A stretch of DNA of 63,263 nt, filler included, from Olpidium bornovanus S191 (GCA_017911155.1; 31 parts of 31 records of this genome joined end to end with filler, not necessarily neighbours in it), one strand, 5' to 3'. Numbered from the whole stretch's first letter, positions 33,547 to 46,335 are shown. Notes: generated by a model not told the origin, from the sequence alone. Translations and numbers: made by a program.

Positions 33547-34531
33547 GGAGAGCGAGGATTATATCAGCGACATGACGTATTTCGAGCCGTCGAGGACGCT
33601 GCTGGCGACGAGGTAAATTGTTGGGGACGTCTGCAAATTGTTTGCCAGATTGTCCACGAAATGGTGTGCGGTAAGGATACGCTGCCACGACTGACTTGCC
33701 GGCTTATCTTCTCGGGGTCACTTCAGCGCAGACGGTTGCCTTTCGGTGCTGGACGTGCGGGCAGCGAAGCCGATCGCCATTTCAGAGTGCCAGGAAGATG
33801 AACTGTTGTCTGTTGTGGTGCTGAAGGTGGGGAGGGAGGTTGTTGTCACCAAAAGCAAAAGACGAATTGTACTTGCCCAGATCGTTGACCCGTTGTTTTC
33901 TCACCCGTGCCTGCTCATTCTTCAATTCTCTTTGTCCACAGAACGGCAAAAAAGTTGCCGTTGGCACGCAGGGGGGTGTCGTCCATATATTTAACTTCGG
34001 TTCGTGGGGCGACTGCACGGATCGGTTCGTCGGGCACCCGAACTCGATAGACACGATGGTCAAAGCCACAGAGGACGTATCAATCACTGGCAGCAGCGAC
34101 GGCATGATCCGGTATGGACTCCCTCGTTTCCCTTTTTCCTGGCGCCCTGGGGTTTCCTTGCCCTGACATTTGTGATTTGCTGCAGGGGATGCCAGATCCA
34201 GCCAAACACTTTTTTGGGTGTTGTGGGCGAGCACGAGGAGTTCCCAGTGGAACAGATCCGCCTGTCCCACGACAAGGCATTTCTTGCTTCCTGCTCGCAC
34301 GACGAAACCGTTGGCCTCTGGAGTATGGAGGCCATGCTCGGTGCGATTGAAAGCGAGGACGATGAAGAGGGTGACGCGGAAGGAGAGTCAGAAGACATGG
34401 GAGATGGAGCGGTCGCGATGGATATCGATGACTCGGACGACGAGCCCGCGTCCAGGACGAAGACGAAGAAAAGGCGGAGGAAGGGAAAAGGGAACAAAGT
34501 TGCCGCGGCTTCGTTTTTTGCAGATCTTTGA
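33547..34531 (+). CDS. JIP5: WD40 protein WDR55/Jip5 (ribosome biogenesis), C-terminal part
   Basis: EDYISDM..., DGRLSVLDVR, SECQEDELLSV, GSWGDCTDRFVGHPNSID, ITGSSDGMIR, QPNTFLGVVGEHEEFPVE, LASCSHDETV, acidic tail ending FFADL*. Confidence 0.9.
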
Positions 34532-35363
34532 TTGGTGTCATGCCACACTGCCCCACTTTACCAGCGACAGTAATCACATCATGTTCTTTGTTACGCGTTG
34601 ACACGGTCTGACCGTGATGGAAGCCAGTACCTCGGTGTTTGGTCGGGCGTTTGCGCTGGGGAACGGTTTCTGATCGCGACTGCGCCAGCGTCGGGTCCGG
34701 TGGATCTGAAAAATGGCGCTTTGGTCGTACAGCTCGAAGGCATTATAAGCCTTGGACCGAATATCTGTCGGTTTTGTTCTATTTTAAATTTCATTTTATT
34801 TGTCAAACAGCTGGATGTGAGTTCTGTTACGACGAGGCTGAACAGCTGGGGGAGCAGCATATATCACCAAATAGGGGCGCCGACGCTCCTTTCTATGTTT
34901 GTTTGCGTTCTGGAAAGTGGGCGGAGGTACGTGCGCAACGCCCTCCAAAAAGGTGTGCATCCTTGAACACGTGACTGTCGAGCGCACTCTAACGGCATAG
35001 CACCGACAACATGNNNNNNNNNNNNNNNNNNNNNNNNNNNNNNNNNNNNNNNNNNNNTTAATTAATTAANNNNNNNNNNNNNNNNNNNNNNNNNNNNNNN
35101 NNNNNNNNNNNNNCATGATGTCCAGTCACGTTCCAGTGAGTTTCTAGACATAAAACCTGCACGTCTGCGGCAGAGCTCCATCCATTCCTGTGAACGTGTG
35201 CTTTACAGCGCACAGAAACGCGCGTTTTCTGCGGTGGTCCGTCGCTATTAAGTGGGGTCCGGACGATTCTCAAATACGGACGTGGAGTTTACACCGGAAG
35301 TGCTTTGATGTAATGATGGCTACAAGGTTTCTGTTCGAAATGGGTCACAAAGGGTATGCGAAA

Positions 35364-36041
35364 CTAATCGAAAAGGCCTAGAGGAACAAACCGGTCAGTT
35401 ACTCCCCTCGGCCACGGCAAAATTAGAATCGCGTTTACCCACCGAAACCCATGTCCTCGTCCGACTCTTCCTTCTCCTCGACCTTCTCCTCGGCCTTCGC
35501 TTCGGCAGCGGCTCCGCCAGCGGCGGCACCGCCCGCGGCCGCGCCGCCCGCAGCTGCGGCGGCAGAACCGGAGCCGACGTTCATCAGAAGGTCACCGACG
35601 TTCTTGCCGGAAAGAGCCTTGGCAAAGATGTTCGTCCACACCGACTCGACGTCCACGCCCGCAGCCTTGACGAGGACGGCGAGTTTGTCGGACTGTGCGG
35701 GGTGTGCGTTCGCGCGGTTCCGGAAGAACAATGCCAAAAACCGGAGCGCGGCGTGTGACCATGGGAGCTGGTTGAGTAACAAGTCGGGCGCTGGCCGCTG
35801 ACTAAATTGACGTTGGAATTCTCCACCGGCGCAATCCACTTGCAACGCCATCGCCGGAGCCGCGCGGCGCGGGCGGCCAGCGCCAGTGCGGCATCCGTGC
35901 CCCGAGGAAACGCGGGCACATCCATGATGGGCGCAACGAACCAACAGCCGACGCGCAACGACTCACAGTGATGTCGACGCCGTCATCATGAAGGATGAGG
36001 GCGGCGTAGACGCAGGCCTGCTCTGCGGCGTCGTTGCTCAT
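35364..36041 (-). CDS. RPP1: 60S acidic ribosomal protein P1 (3 exons, complete)
   Basis: [25 protein letters not shown]|[27 protein letters not shown]...[13 protein letters not shown]|LFD* (TAG 35364-35366). Confidence 0.97.
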
Positions 36042-36897
36042 GGCGGAAAGGATAGGATGGGTGGTGGATTAACGTGGGAACGATTTTTTTTGTTCTACAG
36101 TATATAGTGGTGTGTGCGTAGGCCCCGCCTGTTTCAGGAATTGATCGTTTGAACAGAACGGAGCTCTCGTCAACCGCTGCGGCACGTCAAGAGGGCGGAA
36201 GGCGCCGGTGGCGACTGGAGCGGCGACCACGGCATAGACGACGGCGGGCATTACTGCGGACACCCGGCGGACCCCACGGCGGATGCCAAGGGCCGAAAGC
36301 ACGGCACGGACTCACGCCAGAGACCACAGGTGAAAGGCCACAATAGCTTGAAACTCGTGGTCCCGGTGGTGTTCCACAATGAAATGGTTGCAATCGCGGA
36401 ATTTGTCCGGTCGAGACGCTCCACGTTGGTGCTTTCGTGTCATACCCTGGATCTATCTCCTTCCGCAGTGTTGAGAACAAACAACTAAACAAAATAGCAC
36501 TGCTTCCACGGCAGGCCAAAAGCCGTGAAGGAACGTTGACCCATCACCGCATCAAAAGTGACATCTTGCCTCTGGGGTAATGCAACTAGCCGTGAAAGTG
36601 GCCGTGCTTGTGCATGCAAACACTTGTAAAGGATGACGAAAGTGCAGATTGCTGGCTGGTTAAGGCGGAGGATGGCCATGGCGGACGAGTTGCCGTGCTT
36701 GTGATGGCCCAAACAAGTTACTGATAACAATGTTCACTTAATGTTAAGCCAGTGACCCCCGCGCAACAGGGCCCCTCAAATGCACCAGCAGACAAGCNNN
36801 NNNNNNNNNNNNNNNNNNNNNNNNNNNNNNNNNNNNNNNNNTTAATTAATTAANNNNNNNNNNNNNNNNNNNNNNNNNNNNNNNNNNNNNNNNNNNN

Positions 36898-37899
36898 CAT
36901 GGGGGTCGGGACGTCGTCGTCCTCGTCGATCACGACGCCCTCTTTCCCAACGCGGTATTTTCTGGTGTACTCGAGATCCTCGAGGTTCAATGCTGGTTTA
37001 TCCTCTTCTGTCTTCGGCTTACCGCTGTTCCGTTGCTCTGCCATCAAGCCGGCCGCCTCCGCAATGACTTCTTCGGCCTGGTCCACGGGGTCGACGAAAG
37101 CCACAGGGGGATGGACCTCTCCGACGTGTCGCGCGAAAAACCTATTCCGGCGGCACGGTCCTGCGCTCGGCGGGTCAACATCGTTTTCATCTTCGACCTC
37201 ACCCGTGAGCTTGCCTTTGCGCCGCTGGTCGTCTCTCCACCACGACTGCTCAGCGCGTCTGGCCTCCCGCAGCCCCTGCTCCTCGCGCTCCTCGAGGACG
37301 CGCCTCGCAGCGGAGACGATGTCCTCGTACACGTCCCACTCCATCTTCCCCTCCCCGCTGGGGTCCAGCCGCTCGATCTCGGCCTTAATCCTTGCGTCGT
37401 CCCAGCCCGTTCGAGAATATCCGTGTAGGCGCCTCTTGCGGCCTTTTCCCGGTGATCGCCCTTCCGGACGGCTCTCGTCCACTTTGCGTTCCGTCGCACC
37501 GGCGCCGCCCTCCTTCCGGCAGTCGCTCCCCGTGGCCTTGCTCTCGCGCTTCCGGTCCTTCTCCAGCCAGTCTTGGACGACGGCGAGCACGCCATCAGCG
37601 AAAGCGGTCAGCACCTCCTCCCTGGATTGGCCCAGCCCGCACGTGCACGGGGCCCCCGTGCAGCAGTCGCAGGATGAGGCCCGCCAGCACAACTCGATGG
37701 TCTCCAAGTACGGCTCGATGTGGCGCAGCGCGGCGTCCAGCAGCCGCTCGTACTCCGCCTCTGCGGAATTCGCGACAAGCGGCACGCCGACCAGCGCCTC
37801 GCCCTTCAAAAGGCTGTCCTCCTCGGACGGCACGGACACTGGCACCAGCTCCGAGTGGCGAAGCGGCTGCTCCTCGTGGTAAGCAGCCTCGAGGTCCAT
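36898..37899 (-). CDS. Intronless hypothetical protein (at least 334 aa), truncated at contig start
   Basis: Open 1-kb frame after an A-rich leader (CAAAAAAAATGG), charged composition, Cys cluster CWRASSCDCCTGAPCTC; family not recognised. Confidence 0.55.
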
Positions 37900-38552
37900 T
37901 TTTTTTGTTTGGTGAGGGAGGGGGCTGGGGGAGAAGAGGAAGAAGCGGGAGGCAGGGATGAGGGTAAATCTGGCGGACGCGGTGGAATCAGGGTTGGCAG
38001 TTTAGAAGACGGCAGCGAATAAAAACCTTCCCGCAGCCAACACGCGTAAAAAAGGGGGGAGAATCGATGCCGTAGAATCCCCAACGGAACCGTCCGCCGG
38101 AAAACCCCAAAACAACAAAATCCAAGTTCACATGTTCACCGGTACAGCTTTTCAATCGTTTTTTTAAAAGGGCCCCTGACCTGCAGCGTCGGCCGCCGCG
38201 CCAGGCGCCATCCTTCCGTTGACCCGTCTCAGTTGATTCCCTGCGTATTCGTAGTGATCGCTGCGTTGTCAACGCCTTTACCTCGCGCGGCGGCGCGAGT
38301 GACCTGACGCGCCCGACGCGATCGTCCCGTGCTCCCTGCGAGCCTGAGGCCGGCACTACTGCTCCTCCCGTCGGCCCGGATCGATCCCCCGCGCGATCGA
38401 TTAGGTGCGACACCGGCGGGGCCGAGGTGTGAGAATTTAGATGCACAAAGCACACAGGCACGACGATCACCTTCGCACATTCATTGACGTGGGCACACGG
38501 CACGCTGGCAGGGAACTGTCCACACCATAATCGTTGGCAGATCTTGTACTGA

Positions 38553-38755
38553 GCTGCAATGACGACCTTGCGGGTATGTTTTGGCACCAGCTGTGGTAAG
38601 CCACGGCAGCAGCAGTGTGGACATGTTTCGGCAGCACCTGTGTTGAGCCACGGCAGCAGCGACCTAAACAGGTTTCGGCAGCACCGGTGTTGTGCCACGG
38701 TAGCAGCGACGTGGGCGTGTTTCGGCATCACCTGTGTTGAACCTTGGCAGCGGCC
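38553..38755. repeat. 47-bp degenerate minisatellite (3 full and 2 partial units)
   Basis: GCCACGG(C/T)AGCAGC...GTTTCGGCA(G/T)CACC(T/G)GTGTTG units at 38600, 38647 and 38694. Confidence 0.85.
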
Positions 38756-41700
38756 TTTTCTTTGTGCGTTGGCTATTTCCTAGCACATCACTGTCCCCGC
38801 ACGTGCGGGCTGCCTGCGCTGCAGCTGGAAACGCTTGGCGGGACAGGGTGAGACGGCACTGCCGCGGCCGCGGGTAAGTCCGCGTTGGATGGCCGCCACT
38901 GGCGAAATGCGTGTTTCCTATTTATCATCGGGGAGGAAGGGGAAAGGTGCCAAAGCAACAGGGCCGGCACAACCGGGCCGCGCAAATGCGCGGGCGGTGA
39001 TGATCATCTGTATTGCCACATCGAGGAGTGGCCGTATTGACAGCCACAGGAACATATTTACAGGCAGTCGACCAGTCCCATTGCACACATCACCACCAGT
39101 CCCGCACACATACCAAAGGCCGCAACATACCAACAGTTTCAACACCATGGCACACAGATTCGACATGCGACAATTGGGGGGTAGTGGAGAGCGTGTGTGC
39201 GGACTGGGTAGGGTTGTGGGTTTTGGGTTGCCTTGTTGCTGTTGTCGGCTGTTGGTTGTCGGGGCGGACTTGCAGAGTGGGGGACTGATGTCACAGGCGC
39301 AGCCTGAGCGTCGCGTCCCGGTCACGTGACCGTCCACACTACCCACACCCGCGGTGCGTCCGTACGGTGGCGTCCCTCCCCCTCGTCGCATGACTCCTGA
39401 CACGCGTGAGATCCATACGCATGGTGCTGCCCGCATGGGCTTCGCGCGCAAGGACGGCGCCCCGCGCTATGTTCAACATCTCGCACATGGCACATCGCAA
39501 ACGCAAGAGCCCAGCCCACACACCCACACGCACATGCGCATGCACCATGAAAACACCCGCCATGTGTGCGTGTTTGCATTTACACAGTTAAAAGTGCATC
39601 CGGCAGCTGTACGCGCCATGCGCATAAATAGGCCTGGATACTTGTTACTCTTGATCCGTAGAATCCATAATCATCACGCACTCTGCCTCAATCCCGAACT
39701 CGATCTCGCTAAACCCCCACGCAAACTTTCCCCGTTCTGTCTCTCGATCTCTGCAGAAGCGCGTAATACGAACAATCATGTTCCAACTGAGCGAAGCGGC
39801 TGGTTTTCTACTGTTGTCGGTGCACTTGGTGCTGGCTCAAACGTGCTGCTCAACACGTCCTTGCCCACGCAGCCACTGAGTTGCGTCTATCCGCCGTGGT
39901 GCGACATGTGTAGCATTCGTCGTTGAAAGCCGCCACTGGGTGGGGATCGGCGTGCTCCCACCAGTCGGGCACTTGAACGTAGCGCAGCTCGTCAGAGTCG
40001 CGGTCGTAGTATTCACCGCACTCGTAAAAGAGGACAGGAACTACATCGCGGCGGACTAGGCTACGACTCAACCCGCGCCTGTCACGCGCGGTTTACGGGT
40101 TTACGGCATGGCAGCACATTCGCGAGAGTGAGTCGTGGTTCGAATCGGTTTTTCCTTGCAGTGTGTTCTCGATGCGCGACGCAGAGTCCGGCAGGGCAGA
40201 GATCAGACCACAAGCGAATGCACCGCCNNNNNNNNNNNNNNNNNNNNNNNNNNNNNNNNNNNNNNNNNNNNTTAATTAATTAANNNNNNNNNNNNNNNNN
40301 NNNNNNNNNNNNNNNNNNNNNNNNNNNCGCGCGGTTCCACCCGCACCAATCCGTCTGAACGACGTGCGATTCCACTGGATTTTTCCTCACCTCGCCGACG
40401 AGCCTTTTCAGCTTTGCCGTGATGCCGACCGATCGCGGCGGCGGGCGGAGACCAACCCGCCCCGCGGCCCCGGTCGGCTCCGGGCCGGCGGCATGTCCGG
40501 TTTCGGCGTTCGCCGTTCGGTTTTGCGTCGAGGGATCACCGGACGACAGCATATGGTCGTGTGGGGGTGGGGAAGGGGGGGGGGAAGGGGAGGAGGGTTA
40601 AGGTAGAGCGCGAAGGAGGTCCGTTTGAGACTTGGTGTACCCCCACGATTTCGCTGGAGGAGGCCGATTTGGCAGCTTTGGCGGCCTGCGAGTGGTGCGG
40701 GTCACGTCACGTGACGGCGGACGCGGAATTTCGCATCGCCAAGGCAGAGAGAGAGAGAGGGCCAGTCGAGACGGGGCGAGTGACCCCCGCGGCGCCGGAC
40801 AACCCGGGTTGAACGATTTTGGCAGGCCCGTCTGGCAGGATGGCAACCTAACGCGCTACCCGCCGGCAGCGGGGAAACCTCGCTTCCCGGCGGGGCGGTC
40901 GGTCACTGCCAGGGACAACCGGTCTCAATCGCAACGCAACGCTCGGCTTCTTGTCAGAGTTTGTCTCCAGAGTTGGACATTGTTTGAGGGCCGGGTGAGA
41001 AGGGGCCCCCTTGGAGCGGAACGACGCGGTGCGCGCCGAATACGGACAAACACTGTATCACGTGTGGCGACGCACGGCGGCGGCGACGAACGACGACCCT
41101 CGCCCCTCTTGCGTCCCGCACACCTTGCCCACTCTCCGCCCCAACCCCCACCCTCTCCCCCTTCCCCCCCTCCTCGTTTCCACGCTTCTTCTGCCTGCGT
41201 TGTTCGCTTCTACGATTGCGGGGCGGCGACAGGCGCATGTGGACTACCGGGACCAGGGAATGCGCGGGAGCGCCGCCGCCGCAGCGGCAGAGAACGTCAG
41301 AGTGGGAGGGGAGAAAACCGTCCGCCTCCTGTTTCCGCGCGTGGGCGGGGGAGGGAAGGGGGGCGGGGGGCGGGAGAGAGGAGGGGATGGGAGAGGGGAG
41401 CGGGTGGGCGCGAGAATCATCACATTCTACTTTCATCACTAAATTCATCACATCCCTCTATCAGATTCATTTGAGGATGGTCAAGTGGAGCAGGTTAAGG
41501 GGCCTGCTATCTCGGAAGGGAAACGGGCGTGCGAGAAATTGCTGGGTTTGCGCCGGCTCTCTCAAAAGCTCGGGTCGGCTCTCTTGTGAATTTTCTGCAA
41601 ATGACCGGGAAAACCTGCACTGCAGCATGTGCGGCAGGACTCTGCGATTTTGTCAGGAGGCATAGAATCGGGCTCCAGGAGGCATAGGATCGCCTTCACA

Positions 41701-42193
41701 TCGGATGAACTGAGGGAACCCATGTCCTTAAGTCTTCAACACTGCAAACTGCTGTGGACCCTAATGGCCGCCTTACGATCTTGTTGGCCAGATCTGCGTT
41801 TATCACATTGCGCTTCCAAATTCATCTTGAGGTGGTCAACAGCATGTTCACACCTGAAATTCACTGGCCTGTGGCACCTGTCGCCTGCTTTAAGGCATGG
41901 TCGAGACGCAGCACGTTTTCGAATGGCACCGTGATGCGTGAGAACGAAACAAACCTTTCCCGCCGCGGCTGCCATGTCTCCTAGCGAAGAGCGCTGGGAG
42001 CACCGCGGGGAAGACGCCGCGAAATGAAAGAGGGGCCGGAAGTTGACATTTTTCCTCACCAAGAATTCGCGTGAAGACGCGTGACTAGCGGGANNNNNNN
42101 NNNNNNNNNNNNNNNNNNNNNNNNNNNNNNNNNNNNNTTAATTAATTAANNNNNNNNNNNNNNNNNNNNNNNNNNNNNNNNNNNNNNNNNNNN

Positions 42194-42549
42194 CATTGGG
42201 CGAGGCCCTCGCGATCATACTGCCGGACCATTTCCCGCCACCACCGCCGGGGATGCCGCCGCCCGCCGACGCCGCTCCGGCGGCGGCGGAAACGCCGCAG
42301 CTCGCGGAGCATGCTGCCTCGCCGACTTCCGTCTCTGAACAGCCTGTCGCGGACGAAGAACCGGACGCGCCGCTTCCAGCGCAGCCGGCGCCGCCGCCGC
42401 CAACGGCCTTGACGAAACCGCCGCCGCCGATTGTCGCCCTTCTCCACGGCGTCCCACTCCCGCTCGACGTGGATTTGCTTTGGGCGTCGCGCAATCTGTC
42501 ATACCCGGACAATTTCCTGCATATTATCAAGGTGCCGCCCGAGTTATGA
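42194..42549 (+). CDS. ATG5: Autophagy protein Atg5, C-terminal UblB part
   Basis: LGEALAIILPDHF...(Pro/Ala insertion)...IVALLHGVPLPLDVDLLWASRNLSYPDNFLHII; the YPDNFLHI motif marks the Atg5 C-terminus. Confidence 0.9.
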
Positions 42550-43482
42550 CTTTCGCCAAATCTCGGGGGGTCTTTCTTTTTCTCGACGTTAGGGAAGTTG
42601 TTGCTGAGAGGTGCGGGTTTTCGGGACCCGCTTCGGGTCTTTCTCTCCAAAATCCCTCCTCCGGCAATTTTTTTTTATTAAAGTGGGGTGAGGATGGGGA
42701 AGGACAAAGAGTGTAGGGAACAGGGACAGAGAGAGAGAGCGCGCGCGTAATGGTAACGTAACATAGACCCCCAGGCAGCCGTCAATACTCGCTACGGCAT
42801 CATGCGCATCATCCTTACAATCACGGATGGCGACATAGAACAAAACCACAAGACCGCTGGCGTGCGGCGCGCCGGCAGGAACACCTGTTAGCGCGTTTTC
42901 CAACTGTACGGCAATTTTCCACACCCTCCAGCTGAGCTGATTATGGCATATCCATACAGGCCCGACCAACGCGTTCCAGTAAATTTGACATCATTTTTGT
43001 TTTACTTTATTTATTTTCAAACCATCGAACAAAGGTTTACGCCGACTCATCGGCGATGACCCTCGTTTCCAGGCCTACAAACCAAATCAATCAACATGCT
43101 ATCGGTCAGACAAAATCGCAATAAACCGCCGGCCCGCGAGGACGAAAGCCCTTCGCGCGGATCACCCTAGGCGTCCGGCGCCTCCTTCCCCTCACACCCC
43201 CCCCAAAAACCAGAANNNNNNNNNNNNNNNNNNNNNNNNNNNNNNNNNNNNNNNNNNNNTTAATTAATTAANNNNNNNNNNNNNNNNNNNNNNNNNNNNN
43301 NNNNNNNNNNNNNNNCATGGGGAAAAAACATCCGCCGTGGTGCTCCCCGGGGTGATGGGGGAGAGGGGTGTGAGAGGAAGAGAAGGGGAGAAAGCGGGTG
43401 AACAATGGGTGATTTTTTTATGTGTGTGTGTGGGGGAGGCACAGGATATTGAGCACGAGCACGTCCAGACCTTGTGCTGCGG

Positions 43483-44453
43483 TTACGTTCCGCAGTCCCC
43501 CGATCTGGACACCAGAAACCTGCCCTTTTTTTCTTCCCGCTTCCCCGCTTCGGCGGCGGCCGGCACGGGCGGCGCGACCAGCGCGTCTGCCGAAGGAGGG
43601 TCGGCCTGACGGAGCGCCGTAAATCTGCCAGCAACTTTGGCGTCCATCGGAGCCGCCTGCCCCGGCGCCCACAGCAGGCTGCCGGCGGGCGAGGCGGCGG
43701 GGGCGGCGGCGGGGGCGGCGGCGGGGGCGGAGGCGGGCCCGTCCTCCGCGTTCTCGAAACCAACGGGCCCCGGTTTGACCAGGACGAACCGGGTCGATTT
43801 TCTCGGCTTCGCCGACTGGCCGATCGGCGCCGAATCCTCGGGCGGCTTTGGGACCTCGCCGACCTTCCCGTCCGGCTCGGCGGCGTCCTCGCCGAAATCC
43901 CAGTCCGCGGTGTTGACCGTTGGCTGCTCGTTCCCGGCCGCCCACCTCTTTCTCCGCTTCTCCGCAAGCTCCATTACCCGTTGCTCGAAGGGCGGCATCT
44001 CCGACAAGGACAGGCACTCCGCGACGCGGGCGGCGGCGGCGGCGGCGGCGGCGGAGGCGGAGGCGGGATCGCCGCTTCCGGCGTTGCCGGGCCGCAGCCG
44101 GCTGATCCGCGTCTTGAAGAAGGGGTGGGACTTGAGCAGCTTCCTGCAGTCGGGGCGGTCGGCCGGGGCCTTCTGGAGGCACACCCTGACGAGGTCCTTC
44201 GCGGTCTTGGAGAAAATCCTGGGGACGCTCGGCCCCTCGCCGGCGCCGGCGCCGGCAGCTCCGGTGTCGCCGGTCTCCTCCTCCCACTCATCGAGGCTCG
44301 GCGGGCCGGCATGCAGCGTCATCATGAAAACCTTCATGGGGTGCAGGGTCGAGTAGGGCGCCCGGCCGACGAGGAGCTCGATGGCGGTGATCCCGAACGA
44401 CCAGATGTCGGCTTTGAAGTTGTACTGTTCCTGTTGGACGACCTCGGGAGCCA
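43483..44453 (-). CDS. STE20-family kinase of the Fray/OSR1/SPAK (GCK-VI) type, subdomains VIII-XI plus tail
   Basis: APEVVQQEQYNFKADIWSFGITAIELLVGRAPYSTLHPMKVFMMTLHAGPPSL...FSKTAKDLVRVCLQKAPADRPDCRKLLKSHPFF; tail contains KKGRFLV. Confidence 0.88.
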
Positions 44454-44553
44454 NNNNNNNNNNNNNNNNNNNNNNNNNNNNNNNNNNNNNNNNNNNNTTA
44501 ATTAATTAANNNNNNNNNNNNNNNNNNNNNNNNNNNNNNNNNNNNNNNNNNNN

Positions 44554-45573
44554 CCTTTCGTCCACCTTCTCGACGCTCTCGCCAGTCCGGTCGGCCTTTG
44601 CCTCCGCGCGTTCTTCGGCTCCCGCTGTCGTGTTTTTCGACGAGATCGACGCAATAGTCGGCAAGCGCGACATGGGCGACGGCGGCGGAGGGCGCGCAGG
44701 CAACGACAGCGTGCAAGAAAGGGTGCTCTCGACGCTGCTGAACGAGATGGACGGCGTGGAAGCGTCGGACTCCGTGCTGGTCGTTGTGGGTTTTCGGGGG
44801 GAAACAGCCTGCTTCCGTGAGGCCGGTGAACGCGAACGTTAAACCACCCTAACGCGCACGTTTCAAACTACCCTCACGGGGCTGATTTACGAAGGGAGCC
44901 ACAAACAGGCCCGACATGCTGGACGCAGCCCTCATGAGACCTGGGCGGTTCGACCGGCTCATATACGTGAGTCTGCGACGCCGCAAATTCAGCCCCGCCT
45001 TATTCCGCGTCGGATCACGGATGCTGATACGCGAGTTGTCGAAACGAACTTAGGTGCCACCACCAGATCTGCCGGCGCGCATTTCCATATTCAGGGTCCA
45101 TACCCGGAACACCCCGCTCGGTGGTGACGTCGATCTGGTGGATTTGGCGGAAAAGGTGAACGCCCCGCCGCTTTTTTCCCGCGCCCGGCCGGAGCCAGTT
45201 CGCCTCCCAGGGTTTGCTTTTGTTTCCGGCTCACCTTTTCTCTGTACGCCATTTCCGCGACGGCCCGACAAATAATAAGGCCGCCCTATTCACCGGGGCG
45301 GACATTCAGAACCTTTGCAGGGAGGCGGCGATGGTCGCCCTGCGGGAGAGGGCGGAACTAGTTCTGGTGAGGGTTTTTCTCCCGCCCCAAAATGCTTCTG
45401 TCCTTTTACTATTTACATCGGGGAAAATCTCAAAACTCTGGCTTCTTTTCCCTTGTCTCGTGTCGCATTTTCAGAGAAGCCATTTCGGGAAGGCGTTCGA
45501 GGCAGTCAGTCCATCGCTAACGCGAGAAATGGTCAGGGAGTACGATGACCTGCGGGCCAGGCTTGAGGGGTAG
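44554..45573 (+). CDS. AFG2/SPATA5-family AAA+ ATPase, D2 domain and C-terminus (SPATA5L1/AFG2B-like)
   Basis: [14 protein letters not shown]...[80 protein letters not shown], stop TAG 45571-45573. Confidence 0.9.
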
Positions 45574-45819
45574 GACGTGTGCCGGCTATTTCGCGTGAAG
45601 ATTCGTTACAGTAATTTCACATCAGGGCCCAAGGCCACAAATAATTACAAGATGGGCCCTGGTGGCCTAATTGTGACACATCCGCCTCAGAGCAACCAAG
45701 GGAAACAGGATCCGCATGCNNNNNNNNNNNNNNNNNNNNNNNNNNNNNNNNNNNNNNNNNNNNTTAATTAATTAANNNNNNNNNNNNNNNNNNNNNNNNN
45801 NNNNNNNNNNNNNNNNNNN

Positions 45820-46335
45820 CTCCTTGGTATCGTTCCACGTGTCCGCCAGAGCCGTGGCCTTTGCCACCTTGACGGAGCTGTTCTCATGAACGGTCAACTT
45901 GAAACACCTCATTAATTCCGCATCAGTCAATTCCCATTGGCGGACCGTTGTTTCGAACAGCCGCAGATACGCCGAGACGTCCTCCTCCTTGAACAGCCCG
46001 TTCTCCTTTGTGAACTGGACCACTGCTGTCCGCACTTCAGCCGCACGCATCTGCACGGCAAGTAGGTATACTTCCTCCATCCCGATCTGCACGTCCTGCT
46101 TCGACGCGCTCGCTTCGCCAGCCCCACCGATCCTGCCCGGGAGAGCCAGTTGTCGGGGAATATAATCCTTCCTCGAGGAGTTGCAGGAGGGCAGGATGGC
46201 TAGGGCCCTTGCTGCGAGGGATGCTGGCGACGACGGTGTGCAGGACGTACCTTTCTCCCCTCCGGAACGCCCTACCGCGGCCTCCAGCGTCCGTGCCGAC
46301 CAACTCCCTTCGGTGGGCCCTTCGAAGAGGGGCAC
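45820..46335 (-). mobile_element. Retrotransposon Gag/capsid-like ORF fragment
   Basis: FTKENGLFKEEDVSAYLRLFETTVRQWELTDAELMRCFKLTV resembles the F-x-G-x-x-V-x-x-FL-x-x-FE start of Ty3/gypsy capsid; intronless; truncated at linker. Confidence 0.55.

Noticed and set aside
38553-38755. CRISPR-like repeat-spacer array
   Set aside because: The variable part is only about 10 nt and units align end to end; eukaryotic contig with no cas genes.
40100-40160. tRNA suggested by GGTTCGAATC
   Set aside because: The flanks do not pair as a T-stem and no acceptor or D arm is evident.
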